The translations under genes and the position numbers were made by a program. A stretch of DNA of 64,000 nt from Dehalococcoidia bacterium (lineage in GTDB: Bacteria > Chloroflexota > Dehalococcoidia > CAUJGQ01), in the NCBI GenBank assembly GCA_050184225.1, contig JBFXAN010000006.1, positions 1,640-65,639 on the forward strand, given 5' to 3'. Of the stretch, positions 44,125 through 52,442 are shown one piece after another; the stretch's first letter is position 1, and each line of letters starts with the position of its first letter. The notes beneath the pieces were generated by a model. It worked only from the letters and a program-made list of their open reading frames with translations. It was not told the DNA's origin and did not search any database.

Positions 44125-44700
44125 GTGGCCCACATCCTCGAGCCTGAGTCGGATGAGGTGTTGCTCGACCGGCTCACCCGTAGGGATGCGGATGCGCTCG
44201 ATGCGCTCTATACCCGCTACGGGCGGCTGGCGTTCGCGCTGGCCTATCGCGTGCTCGGCAGCCCGGAGGCGGCCGAAGACGTTGTGCAGGAAGCGTTCCT
44301 CTCGGTCTGGCGAAACGCGGCATCCTACCGGCAGATTCGCGGACAAGTCCGGGGCTGGCTGCTGACCGTCGTCCGGAACCGGGCGATCGACGCGCTGCGG
44401 GCGCGGGAGGCACGACCGAAGGCCGGTGCGACCTTGGAGGATCTGGGTTGGTTGGCCGCCGACGAGAGTGACCCCGCCGACGATGCGCTCCGGCGGGTGG
44501 AAGCCGCGACGATCCGCGGGGCACTCACGGCCCTGCCGCCGGAACAACGGCAGACGGTGGAACTGGCGTTCTTCGCCGGGCTGAGCTATCCCGAAGTCGC
44601 CGAGCGGATGGGTACCCCTCTGGGCACGGTCAAGAGCCGGATGCGGTTGGCACTGGAGCGGCTCCGCGGCCTGCTCCTGGCAGAGGACGCGATAGGATGA
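44125..44700 (+). CDS. ECF sigma factor (SigK-like), paralog of 5150..5773
   Basis: VVQEAFLSVWRNAASYR..WLLTVVRNRAIDALR and LPPEQRQTVELAFFAGLSYPEVAERMGTPLGTVKSRMRLALERLR. GTG start. Confidence 0.9.
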   Translation: MAHILEPESDEVLLDRLTRRDADALDALYTRYGRLAFALAYRVLGSPEAAEDVVQEAFLSVWRNAASYRQIRGQVRGWLLTVVRNRAIDALRAREARPKAGATLEDLGWLAADESDPADDALRRVEAATIRGALTALPPEQRQTVELAFFAGLSYPEVAERMGTPLGTVKSRMRLALERLRGLLLAEDAIG

Positions 44701-45512
44701 CCTGCGACGAGATCGACGAACTGGCTGGGGCGATCGCCCTCGACGCCATTCCCGCGGAGGAGTGGCCGGCGATCGAGGAGCACCTCGCCACCTGCCGGCG
44801 GGGCCATCCCCAGATCCGTGAACTTCGCAGCGTGGCGACGCTCCTCCTCGAAGCCGCCCCCCCGATCGAGCCGCCCACCGCCCTGCGCGGCCGTATCCTC
44901 GCCGCCGCGCGGGCGGACCCTGGCAGCGGCGGCGCCCCGGTCACACCGCTGTCGCCGCCGCTCCCACCTGCCACGGCTCCGGACGCAGCGCCCGCCGTGG
45001 TGCCGCTCGAACGGCGGCGGCCCTGGTGGTCCAACGCCGGCTGGATCGCCGCCGCCGCCGCCGTCGTGGTCGCGGCGGCGCTCGGCCTGTGGAGCCTGTC
45101 CCTGCGTGATGACCTCGATCAAACCGAGCAACGCCTGGCCGAGGCCCAGCGCGAGCTGAACGCCCAGCAAGGCGCCCTGGCCGTGCTCACCGGTGACGGC
45201 GAGGAGTTCCGCTTCGCCGCGACGCTGCCCGGTGCGGGCGGCAGCGTGCTCCAACAGACCAACGGCGCCGTGACCCTGGTGGTCCATGGTCTCCCGCCGG
45301 CGGACGATATGACCTATCAGGTGTGGGCGCTCCGCGACGGCCGTCCCGAGAGTCTGGGCGTCTTTGATCCAGTCGAGTCCGGCCGGACGGTGGTGTCGCT
45401 GGACGGCAATCTCCAGGGTGTCGACGCCGTCGCGATCACGCTGGAACCAGGTCCGAACGGCAGTCCGGGTCCGACCAGCGAGCCGGTCCTCGTCGCCCCG
45501 CTGGCGGGCTGA
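44697..45512 (+). CDS. Anti-sigma-K factor RskA-like (degenerate ZAS motif)
   Basis: 4-nt overlap with the sigma gene. One TM segment (WIAAAAAVVVAAALGLW) and a C-terminal RskA-like domain (YQVWALRDGRPESLGVF). The N-terminus reads H-x3-C-x2-G. Confidence 0.8.
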   Translation: MTCDEIDELAGAIALDAIPAEEWPAIEEHLATCRRGHPQIRELRSVATLLLEAAPPIEPPTALRGRILAAARADPGSGGAPVTPLSPPLPPATAPDAAPAVVPLERRRPWWSNAGWIAAAAAVVVAAALGLWSLSLRDDLDQTEQRLAEAQRELNAQQGALAVLTGDGEEFRFAATLPGAGGSVLQQTNGAVTLVVHGLPPADDMTYQVWALRDGRPESLGVFDPVESGRTVVSLDGNLQGVDAVAITLEPGPNGSPGPTSEPVLVAPLAG

Positions 45513-45526
45513 TCAACGTCAAGGTC

Positions 45527-45994
45527 ATGATGCTTGTGGAACAGGACATCATCATCCAATACGTCACGGACACGTTCACGGGTGTCGAAGTCCTTCGGCC
45601 AACCGACGGCCCTGGTGCCGGCGATACCTTCTTCTTCTATGACCCCCAGCGCAACATCGATCCAACACGACGATTGCCATTCGCCACGATCGTTACCAAG
45701 GACTACGGCGACTTCGACGCGAGCTCAAATCTGAACCGCCCGGATGTGTTTCGGCTCAACATCGGCGTGAGTAGCGACACCTTTCGCGCCCTCTTCGGCT
45801 TTTCGCCCAGTGAGTTCGACACCAAGAGCGCTGACTACGCCTTCGCCGCCCTGGACCGGTTGATGCCGCATCCGGCGTATGCGCGGCAATCATGGGTCTG
45901 CGTGCTCAACCCGGTTCCGGAAACCTTCGAAGCGGTCAAGCCCTTGCTGGCCGAAGCCTACTCCATCGTCGCCGCCCGGCACACGAGGAGCTAG
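45527..45994 (+). CDS. Conserved hypothetical protein (no confident family assignment)
   Basis: 155-aa ORF with coding-like composition: FFFYDPQRNIDPTRRLPFATIVTKDYGDFD. Confidence 0.55.
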   Translation: MMLVEQDIIIQYVTDTFTGVEVLRPTDGPGAGDTFFFYDPQRNIDPTRRLPFATIVTKDYGDFDASSNLNRPDVFRLNIGVSSDTFRALFGFSPSEFDTKSADYAFAALDRLMPHPAYARQSWVCVLNPVPETFEAVKPLLAEAYSIVAARHTRS

Positions 45995-46086
45995 CCCAAT
46001 CACGACTGAGCAGTCGCCGCGCCGTGGCGAGAGGCATCCCACAGAAACCGTTTGTTATACCGCCTCGCGGTGAGGAAACCCGGATT

Positions 46087-46162
46087 TGTCATCCTGAGCG
46101 ACAGCGAAGGATCTCGGACATTATCAGACCACCGAGATCCTTCGCTGTCGCTCAGGATGACA
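46087..46162. repeat. Family D palindrome, copy 2
   Basis: TGTCATCCTGAGCGACAGCGAAGGATCTCGGA-loop-CCGAGATCCTTCGCTGTCGCTCAGGATGACA. The flanks are similar to copy 1. Confidence 0.9.
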
Positions 46163-46193
46163 TACAACCCGATCTACTCAAGGAGAGTTGGTA

Positions 46194-46619
46194 TTAGTCC
46201 AGCCGGTAGGTGATGCGGATGCAGGCGTCACGTTCTGCCGCCCACTCGGCGATGCGTTGCAGGTCTGCCAGGCGGTCCAGCAACGCGGGAAAGCCCTGCG
46301 ATAGCTCCTGCAGGCGGGGCGTCGCCCGGATCGTCTCGATCACCGTGGCGCAGCACGCGGCCAGCGGCGTCGGGTCCTGCCAGATGCGATCGAGCTCACG
46401 CTCATCCTCCTCGTCGTCCGGCACGGCATCGCCGAAGGTGAAGAGGGGCAGCAGATCGACGTTGTGCTTGCGGCGGAGGATGTTCGCGACGCCGGAAAGG
46501 GGATGCAGTGCGCCGTACCGCTCCGAGGCGCCGAAGGTGAGAAAGGTCAGCAGATCTACGGGAGGACCGGAAAAGCCCGGGTGCGGCTCAGGATCGGTCG
46601 TTTCGACGATTAGCTCCAT
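46194..46619 (-). CDS. Hypothetical protein
   Basis: 141-aa ORF with GC3 bias and no recognisable motif. Confidence 0.5.
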   Translation of the reverse strand: MELIVETTDPEPHPGFSGPPVDLLTFLTFGASERYGALHPLSGVANILRRKHNVDLLPLFTFGDAVPDDEEDERELDRIWQDPTPLAACCATVIETIRATPRLQELSQGFPALLDRLADLQRIAEWAAERDACIRITYRLD

Positions 46620-46690
46620 ACACTGCTCATGAGGGAAAGGTTGATGACTCCAGTGTATCGAGTGGGATCTTCATCACCGAGCCGGCGTGA

Positions 46691-48196
46691 ATGCCAAGGC
46701 CAAGGATGATACCGGTGACACTCCACATTGCCAACGTCCGCGTCCTGACGATGGACGGTTCCCGCCGAACAGCCGGGAGCGTGACGATCGCCTCCGGCCG
46801 GATCGTTGCGGTCGATGCACCCGCGTCTGAATCCGTTGCGGTCGTCGATGGCCGCGGCGGTGTGCTGCTGCCGGGATTCATCGATCCGCACGTCCACCTG
46901 CTTGCGGCGGCGGCGGCGCGGCGGTCCGTCGATTGCTCGCCTCGTTCTGTCCGATCGATCGCCGAGCTGCAACGACGGATCGACGAGGCCGCTGCCGCCT
47001 CGCGGGACGGCTGGATCCGCGCCGTGGGATATGACGAGTCGGCGCTTGCCGAAGGACGGCACCCGACCCGCTGGGATCTCGATGCGGCGGCGGCGGACCG
47101 GCCGGTGCGGCTGCAGCATCGCAGCGGGCACGCCGTCGTGCTCAACAGCCTTGGGCTCGCCGTTGCCGGCATCACGATCGCGTCGGACGAACCGCCGGGC
47201 GGCGTGATCGACCGGCGGATCACGGACGGCGAACCAACCGGCCTGCTGATCGATATGGATGCCGTGATCGAGCGCGCGGTCCCACCGCTGTCCGAGACGG
47301 AGCTTGTCGCCGGCCTGCGCACCCTAAGCGATGATCTCGTGCGGGCCGGCATCACCGCCGTCCAGGACATGACGCACCGCAACGACCACACCCGGCTGGT
47401 GCTGCTCGATCGAGTGGTGAACGCTGCGGCGTTCGCGCCGCACACGCTTCCATCGGCGACACGACCGAACATCGCGGGCAACGGCCCCGTCAAGCTGATG
47501 CTGCCGGAGGCAACCGGACCGGATGCCGCGTTCGCCGCGCGCTTCCGGCATACCGTGGCGTCGGCCCATCAGGAGGGACGCCAGGTCGCTATCCACACGG
47601 TAACCCACGCGGGCTTCAGCCTGGCGCTCGATGCAATCGCCGACGCCTTCGCCGGCGCACCACGGCCGAACCACCGGCATCGGATCGAGCACGCCTCGAT
47701 CGCGCCGCCGCCGCTCATGGAACGCACCGGTGGCCTCGGCGTCGTCGTCGTCAGCAATCCGATCTTTTTGTACGAGAGCGGTCGCCGCTATCGGGCGACG
47801 GTGCCACCCGATCAACTGCCCCATCTCTACGCCGTTGGCACGCTCGCACGGAGCGGTATTGTCACAGCGGCGGCATCGGACGCACCCGTGGTCCGGCCAT
47901 CACCGCTCCTCGGCGTCCACGCGGCAATGACCCGACGGGACGCCGAGGGCGCGATCCTCCCCGGTGATCCGGCCGGACTCGACGACGCGCTGGCGATGGT
48001 AACGCGATCCGCCGCCTACGCTGCATTCGCCGATGATCGCTTCGGCACGATCGCACCGGGCCTTCCGGCAGATCTCGTCCTGCTCAACGAGATGCCGGGC
48101 GGCACGAATCTGCCGTCGGTCCTCTGGACGGTGATCGGCGGCCGGCCGGTCTACGTCGCGGATGGTGCCCCACCGTTCCCCGCGAGCGGTCACTAG
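46691..48196 (+). CDS. Amidohydrolase family (YtcJ-like, amidohydrolase 3) metal-dependent hydrolase
   Basis: LLPGFIDPHVHLL (HxH), later HTVTH and a C-terminal ASDAPV region. Confidence 0.8.
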   Translation: MPRPRMIPVTLHIANVRVLTMDGSRRTAGSVTIASGRIVAVDAPASESVAVVDGRGGVLLPGFIDPHVHLLAAAAARRSVDCSPRSVRSIAELQRRIDEAAAASRDGWIRAVGYDESALAEGRHPTRWDLDAAAADRPVRLQHRSGHAVVLNSLGLAVAGITIASDEPPGGVIDRRITDGEPTGLLIDMDAVIERAVPPLSETELVAGLRTLSDDLVRAGITAVQDMTHRNDHTRLVLLDRVVNAAAFAPHTLPSATRPNIAGNGPVKLMLPEATGPDAAFAARFRHTVASAHQEGRQVAIHTVTHAGFSLALDAIADAFAGAPRPNHRHRIEHASIAPPPLMERTGGLGVVVVSNPIFLYESGRRYRATVPPDQLPHLYAVGTLARSGIVTAAASDAPVVRPSPLLGVHAAMTRRDAEGAILPGDPAGLDDALAMVTRSAAYAAFADDRFGTIAPGLPADLVLLNEMPGGTNLPSVLWTVIGGRPVYVADGAPPFPASGH

Positions 48197-48254
48197 CCCG
48201 ATCGGAGTGTTCGGGGTCGTGCCCGTAGCGACCGGACCCGCTACCCTGTTTGTG

Positions 48255-48623
48255 ATGGAACGCACATGGTTTGCTGTTGGGGCGGTACTCGCGGCGATTG
48301 CTGTCGCCGCCGGCGCGTTCGGCGCGCACGGCCTCGAGAACCGCCTCTCCGCCGACGATCTCGACACCTACCAGACGGCCGCCCGCTACCACATGTATCA
48401 CGCGTTGGCGCTGTTGGCGGTTGCCTACGCATCGAAGCGGTTCGAAGGCGGACTCGTCACCGCCTCCGGCTGGCTCTTCATCGCCGGCATCATCTTCTTC
48501 TCCGGCTCGCTCTACGTGCTCTCGCTGTCGGGGATCAAGATCCTCGGCGCCGTTGCCCCGATCGGAGGCGTCTGCTTTCTGGCCGGCTGGGCCTGTCTCG
48601 CCCTGGCCGCGTGGCGTTCCTGA
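48255..48623 (+). CDS. DUF423 (YgdD-like) small membrane protein
   Basis: AAGAFGAHGL..YQTAARYHMYHALALL with four TM segments. Confidence 0.8.
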   Translation: MERTWFAVGAVLAAIAVAAGAFGAHGLENRLSADDLDTYQTAARYHMYHALALLAVAYASKRFEGGLVTASGWLFIAGIIFFSGSLYVLSLSGIKILGAVAPIGGVCFLAGWACLALAAWRS

Positions 48624-48690
48624 GTTCCCGATTCCGCCGTCTGCTACACTGAACCCGCGCCATCCCACACTGCGGGCCGTAGGAGATCCG

Positions 48691-48924
48691 ATGTCCGACG
48701 TCGACGCGCTCGACGACCTCGAAGCGCTTGTGCGAGAGCGGTTGAATCTGGCAATGCACGACAAAGTCCTCTTCGAACGCGATCGCCAGCGGCTCAACAG
48801 CCAGTTGATGCAGGGCGAGATCAACATGGGCACGGCGGTGCTCGGCTGGATCGAGCATCATCGGCACGGCAGCGCTGACGAAGCGATCGACGAGGATTCC
48901 GGCGAATTCGAGCCGGAAGCATAA
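48691..48924 (+). CDS. Small acidic hypothetical protein (77 aa)
   Basis: RBS AGGAG lies 5 nt before ATG 48691. MSDVDALDDLEALVRERLNLAMHDKVLFERDRQRLNSQL. Confidence 0.5.
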   Translation: MSDVDALDDLEALVRERLNLAMHDKVLFERDRQRLNSQLMQGEINMGTAVLGWIEHHRHGSADEAIDEDSGEFEPEA

Positions 48925-48993
48925 CGCGGACGCGCGCACGCCGTCCGCGGCACACTCCCACCACCGAACACCATCGGTCGAAGACGAATCAAC

Positions 48994-49548
48994 GTGAGCA
49001 GCTCCGATTCCGATCTATCCCTGATCACGCGGGCGCGGACGGACCGGACCGCGTTCGGTGAGGTCTACGAACGCTATGTCGATCGGATCTATGCCTACCT
49101 GCTCTATCGCACCGGCAGCCCCCAGGATGCCGAGGACCTCACCCAGCGCGTCTTCTCCCAGGCGCTGACGGCGATCGAGTCGCACGACCCCGATGCCGGC
49201 TCGGCGGCGGGATGGCTGTTCACGATCGCGCACAACTTGCTGGCGAACTACCACCGCACACGGGCACGCCGTCCCTCGGCTCGGTTGGAGGCGGCCGCGC
49301 ACGCGGTCGATCCGGCACTGCCACTGGAGGGACTGGAGGCGGAGGAGGACGCGCAGGCGGTTCGACGGGCGATGGAGCGGCTCTCGCCGGAACGCCAACA
49401 CCTGATCCTGCTAAAATATGTTGTAGGGCTGAGCAACGCGGAGATCGGTCGCGTGCTCGGCAAAACGGAGGGCGCGATCAAGAGCATGCTGCGCCGCACG
49501 CTCGGCGCGCTGCGACGGGAACTGGATAGCGACCATGCCCGGATCTAA
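48994..49548 (+). CDS. ECF sigma factor (third in the window)
   Basis: AEDLTQRVFSQAL..WLFTIAHNLLANYHR and LSPERQHLILLKYVVGLSNAEIGRVLGKTEGAIKSMLRRTLGALR. Confidence 0.9.
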   Translation: MSSSDSDLSLITRARTDRTAFGEVYERYVDRIYAYLLYRTGSPQDAEDLTQRVFSQALTAIESHDPDAGSAAGWLFTIAHNLLANYHRTRARRPSARLEAAAHAVDPALPLEGLEAEEDAQAVRRAMERLSPERQHLILLKYVVGLSNAEIGRVLGKTEGAIKSMLRRTLGALRRELDSDHARI

Positions 49549-49768
49549 GCGGCGTCCATCCGCCTCAACCTGCGACCTCGGCGTCACCGGCAGGCGTGTC
49601 CGTCGCGCCCTGCCGGCAGCATCCCCGCCGCCCGCCTTTCGGGCGGAACTTGGCGCAGCGCTCAAACTTCAGGCATCGGCAACTGGAATCACTGCCGCGG
49701 CAACACCCGGACAAGAACCGCCATCATCCCGCCCCGAGCATATGCTTGAGCACCGAAGAATCCAATAG
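49535..49768 (+). CDS. Possible truncated anti-sigma factor remnant
   Basis: It overlaps the sigma gene end. VRRALPAASPPPAFRAELGAALK resembles the N-terminal segment of some anti-sigma factors. There is no TM or C-domain, and the ORF runs into the heptamer array. Confidence 0.3.
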   Translation: MPGSKRRPSASTCDLGVTGRRVRRALPAASPPPAFRAELGAALKLQASATGITAAATPGQEPPSSRPEHMLEHRRIQ

Positions 49769-49773
49769 TTCAC

Positions 49774-49829
49774 TACTAACAGCTAATCGCTAATAGCTAA
49801 TGACTAACAGCTAATAGCTAGTGGCGAAT
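49774..49829. repeat. Tandem heptamer array (about 8 units, consensus AGCTAAT)
   Basis: ACTAAC AGCTAAT CGCTAAT AGCTAAT GACTAAC AGCTAAT AGCTAGT GGCGAAT. An AT-rich island in a GC-rich genome. Confidence 0.8.
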
Positions 49830-49851
49830 GGCTCCCCGAAAGGACCCCACC

Positions 49852-50499
49852 ATGGATGTCACCTGGCTCGGCCACGCCTGCATCCGCCTCCGCGGCAAAG
49901 ATGGCGTCGTCTTGATGGACCCCTGTGGCAAAGGCACCGGCTACTCGATCGGCAAGCAATCGGCGGATATCGTCACCGCCAGCCGCCCCGGCCCCGAACA
50001 CGCCTTTGTTGAGACGATCGCGGCGCCCTACCGCCTGCTCGACGCGCCGGGTGAATACGAGATCAGCGGCGTCTTGCTCAATGGCGTGCAGACCGCGCCG
50101 CCCGGCAAAGCTCGACAGGACCCCGCCACCAGCCGCAACGTCGCCTTCGTCGTGGAGATGGACGATCTCCGCGTCTGTCATCTCGGCGGCCTCGATCACA
50201 CGCCCGGCCAGGACTTGATCGAAGAGATGAGCGACATCGACGTGCTCTTCGCCCCGGTCGGCGGCCACGGCGCGCTCGATGCAGCGGGCGCCGCCGAGGT
50301 AATCAGCCTGCTGCAGCCACGCCTCGTCGTGCCGATCCGCTACCGGACCGACGCCGCCGCGATCGACCTCGACCCGCTCGACCCCTTCGTCAAGCAACTC
50401 GGCCTCACCGTCTCCGAACCGCAGTCCAAGCTCACCGTCTCCCGTTCCAACATTCCCGACGACACCCAGATCGCCGTGCTGGATTATCGGGGAAAGTAG
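49852..50499 (+). CDS. MBL-fold metallo-hydrolase (UPF0173-like)
   Basis: MDVTWLGHACIRLRGKDGVVLMDP, later CHLGGLDH. Confidence 0.7.
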   Translation: MDVTWLGHACIRLRGKDGVVLMDPCGKGTGYSIGKQSADIVTASRPGPEHAFVETIAAPYRLLDAPGEYEISGVLLNGVQTAPPGKARQDPATSRNVAFVVEMDDLRVCHLGGLDHTPGQDLIEEMSDIDVLFAPVGGHGALDAAGAAEVISLLQPRLVVPIRYRTDAAAIDLDPLDPFVKQLGLTVSEPQSKLTVSRSNIPDDTQIAVLDYRGK

Positions 50500-50511
50500 C
50501 ACATCAGACCA

Positions 50512-51381
50512 ATGATGGAGTCAGGGCCGGCCGGCTCACTTGTCCGCCTCGGACATGAGCGTGATGAGCTCCTTCATCGCATTGTCGAGCAGTTGCAGGG
50601 AGATTCCCGCGTCGCCGCCGCCTGGCTCTCAGGTTCCTTCGGCCGGGGCGAGGCGGACGCATGGAGCGACCTCGACCTTCACGTCGCCGTGGCAGACAAG
50701 CAATTCGAAGCGTTCTTTCGTGAGCGACATCGTCTCTATGAGGCTGTCGGCCACACGATTCTCATCCAGCCGGAGATGCTGCAATCGGACAGTCAAGCCG
50801 GCGCCCGCTTCCAACTGGTGATCTTTACCGGCCCGGTGGAAGTGGACTGGAACATCGGGCCGCTTGGCCCCGCCGCGCGGCCGGCCGCATCCGTGATCCT
50901 CTTCGACCGTATCGGCGTCCCAATCCGGCAATTGCCGCCACTGACCCTGGAGGAACGCCGCACGCGGATGCACGACCGGCTTGTCTTCTTCTGGGCGATG
51001 GCGCCGATCGCGGTCAAATATGTCGGTCGCGGCGACACCCGGCGAGCCGGTCAACAGATTGCCCTGCTGACCACCGCCTACATCGCACTCCGGCGCCTGC
51101 TCGCCGATCCACACGGACCCGAGCCATTCGTCCCATCGATCAATCGCCCGCTTGAGCCGGAGATAGACGCCACCCTCCCCGTGCTCGGCGCGAGTATCGA
51201 TCCCCTGTCCGCGCTCGAAGTGATCCGCGCTTTGTGTGATGCGACGGAGAGCCTGCATCCAAGCTTGGGCGATCTCGGAGTCGCACCACCAACGCAGATG
51301 CCAGATGCGGTCAGACACATCGCGGCAATCGCCGAAGCCGAATTGCGCCGCGGACACTTTCCGCACCGGCCATATCGATAG
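50512..51381 (+). CDS. Pol-beta-superfamily nucleotidyltransferase-domain protein (aminoglycoside/lincosamide NTase-like)
   Basis: GSFGRGEADAWSDLDLHV (G-S-x10-D-x-D motif). Confidence 0.7.
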   Translation: MMESGPAGSLVRLGHERDELLHRIVEQLQGDSRVAAAWLSGSFGRGEADAWSDLDLHVAVADKQFEAFFRERHRLYEAVGHTILIQPEMLQSDSQAGARFQLVIFTGPVEVDWNIGPLGPAARPAASVILFDRIGVPIRQLPPLTLEERRTRMHDRLVFFWAMAPIAVKYVGRGDTRRAGQQIALLTTAYIALRRLLADPHGPEPFVPSINRPLEPEIDATLPVLGASIDPLSALEVIRALCDATESLHPSLGDLGVAPPTQMPDAVRHIAAIAEAELRRGHFPHRPYR

Positions 51382-51406
51382 TGATTCAGGGCGCGGTCGA
51401 TTGTGA

Positions 51407-51706
51407 CTAACCGCGGAAGGGAGGCAGTAACCTGCTCCCATGAACAACCGTGAGAACTCGAACGATATCTTGATCGCGGAAGTAGCGATAGATCACACGG
51501 TACGGGACGACGATTACCTCACGATAGCTCACGTCGTTATACTCCGGAACAATCCGTCCGATCTCGGGATATCTGGCTAATCGCCTGCCCTCGTTGCGAA
51601 TGCGTCGTACGATCGCGGCAGCAGCAGCGGGAGAGTCCCGAGCAATATACTCCTATATGTCCAGAACATCATCTTGCGCGGTTTGTTCCCACTTTACTTG
51701 AGCCAC
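51407..51706 (-). pseudogene. ParE/RelE-family toxin gene with premature TAG at codon 18
   Basis: Manual translation from GTG 51706: MAQVKWEQTAQDDVLDI*EYIARDSPAAAAAIVRRIRNEGRRLARYPEIGRIVPEYNDVSYREVIVVPYRVIYRYFRDQDIVRVLTVVHGSRLLP. The TAG is at 51653..51655. The start overlaps the antitoxin stop. Confidence 0.75.
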
Positions 51707-51873
51707 TCGTCAGTGAGCCTTTCGAACTCCTCTTGAGTGACCTCGCGGCCGGCCGCAACATCTGCATCACCCATCTCAATCTTCCTGCGAATGTACAGCG
51801 TGTAGATCAGTTTCTGGATGTCAATCTCTTCCGGCATGTCACGGATAAGTTCTATGACGTCGGCCTTCTTCAC
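51694..51873 (-). CDS. Small antitoxin-like protein coupled to the ParE-like ORF
   Basis: GTG 51873: (M)KKADVIELIRDMPEEIDIQKLIYTLYIRRKIEMGDADVAAGREVTQEEFERLTDEWLK. The track ORF extension to 52044 has non-coding-like composition. Confidence 0.6.
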   Translation of the reverse strand: MKKADVIELIRDMPEEIDIQKLIYTLYIRRKIEMGDADVAAGREVTQEEFERLTDEWLK

Positions 51874-51889
51874 CTGCCGCTCCGCGTCA

Positions 51890-52183
51890 TTACTGCTGCT
51901 TTTCGTCGGGGTTGAGCCGCCGCGCCAACCGGCTGCGCTCCGCATCGACGGTGTCGACGAAGTCGTCCAACCAATCGGCAAACGTCTCTTCGTCGAGGGG
52001 AAGCTCGGCCGGCCCCGCCGTCGCTGCCCGCTCCGGATACGCATCCTCGAGCCGCGAGCGCATGTACGACCAGATCGTCAGCGCGTTCGCCAGCACACCC
52101 ATCGCGGTGACCCGACGAAGCACGTCGCTCGGTGTGTAGACGATGATCGGCGGCTGCTCCACCGCGCAAGTGTAGCAGCCCAC
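51890..52183 (-). CDS. Hypothetical protein (97 aa)
   Basis: Strong GC3 bias and a GTG start. ..PLDEETFADWLDDFVDTVDAERSRLARRL. Confidence 0.45.
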   Translation of the reverse strand: MGCYTCAVEQPPIIVYTPSDVLRRVTAMGVLANALTIWSYMRSRLEDAYPERAATAGPAELPLDEETFADWLDDFVDTVDAERSRLARRLNPDEKQQ

Positions 52184-52222
52184 ACTCTCTCGACCGCATC
52201 ACGCGATCGGTCACCCCACCCC

Positions 52223-52420
52223 CGCCTGGGAGCGCGGGCATCTGTGCCCAATGCCGTTTAGTTAAGCGATTCCAGCGACGCCGCCACGGGTGCACCGCCC
52301 GTCCCTACCCCGGCGTCTGGATTCGCGCGGTCACCACGGTCCTCGCGCAACCGGTCCGTCGCAGACTCGTCAGTTCCTTAACTAAACGGCATTGGGCAGG
52401 GATGCCCGCGCTCCCAGGCG
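52223..52420. repeat. Family E element: 44-nt inverted repeats separated by about 110 nt
   Basis: CGCCTGGGAGCGCGGGCATCTGTGCCCAATGCCGTTTAGTTAAG (52223..52266) versus CTTAACTAAACGGCATTGGGCAGGGATGCCCGCGCTCCCAGGCG (52377..52420), with 3 mismatches. Confidence 0.8.
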
Positions 52421-52442
52421 ACGATAGCCGCAACGATGAAAA

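Noticed and set aside
13733-51655. TAG reassignment or read-through (for example pyrrolysine-like), considered because both interrupted genes carry TAG.
   Set aside because: TAG is the terminal stop of many normal-length genes here (7110..7112, 9777..9779, 14923..14925, 45992..45994, 48194..48196, 50497..50499, 51379..51381, 58082..58084). No pyl-type genes were seen. Two independent nonsense mutations is the simpler explanation.
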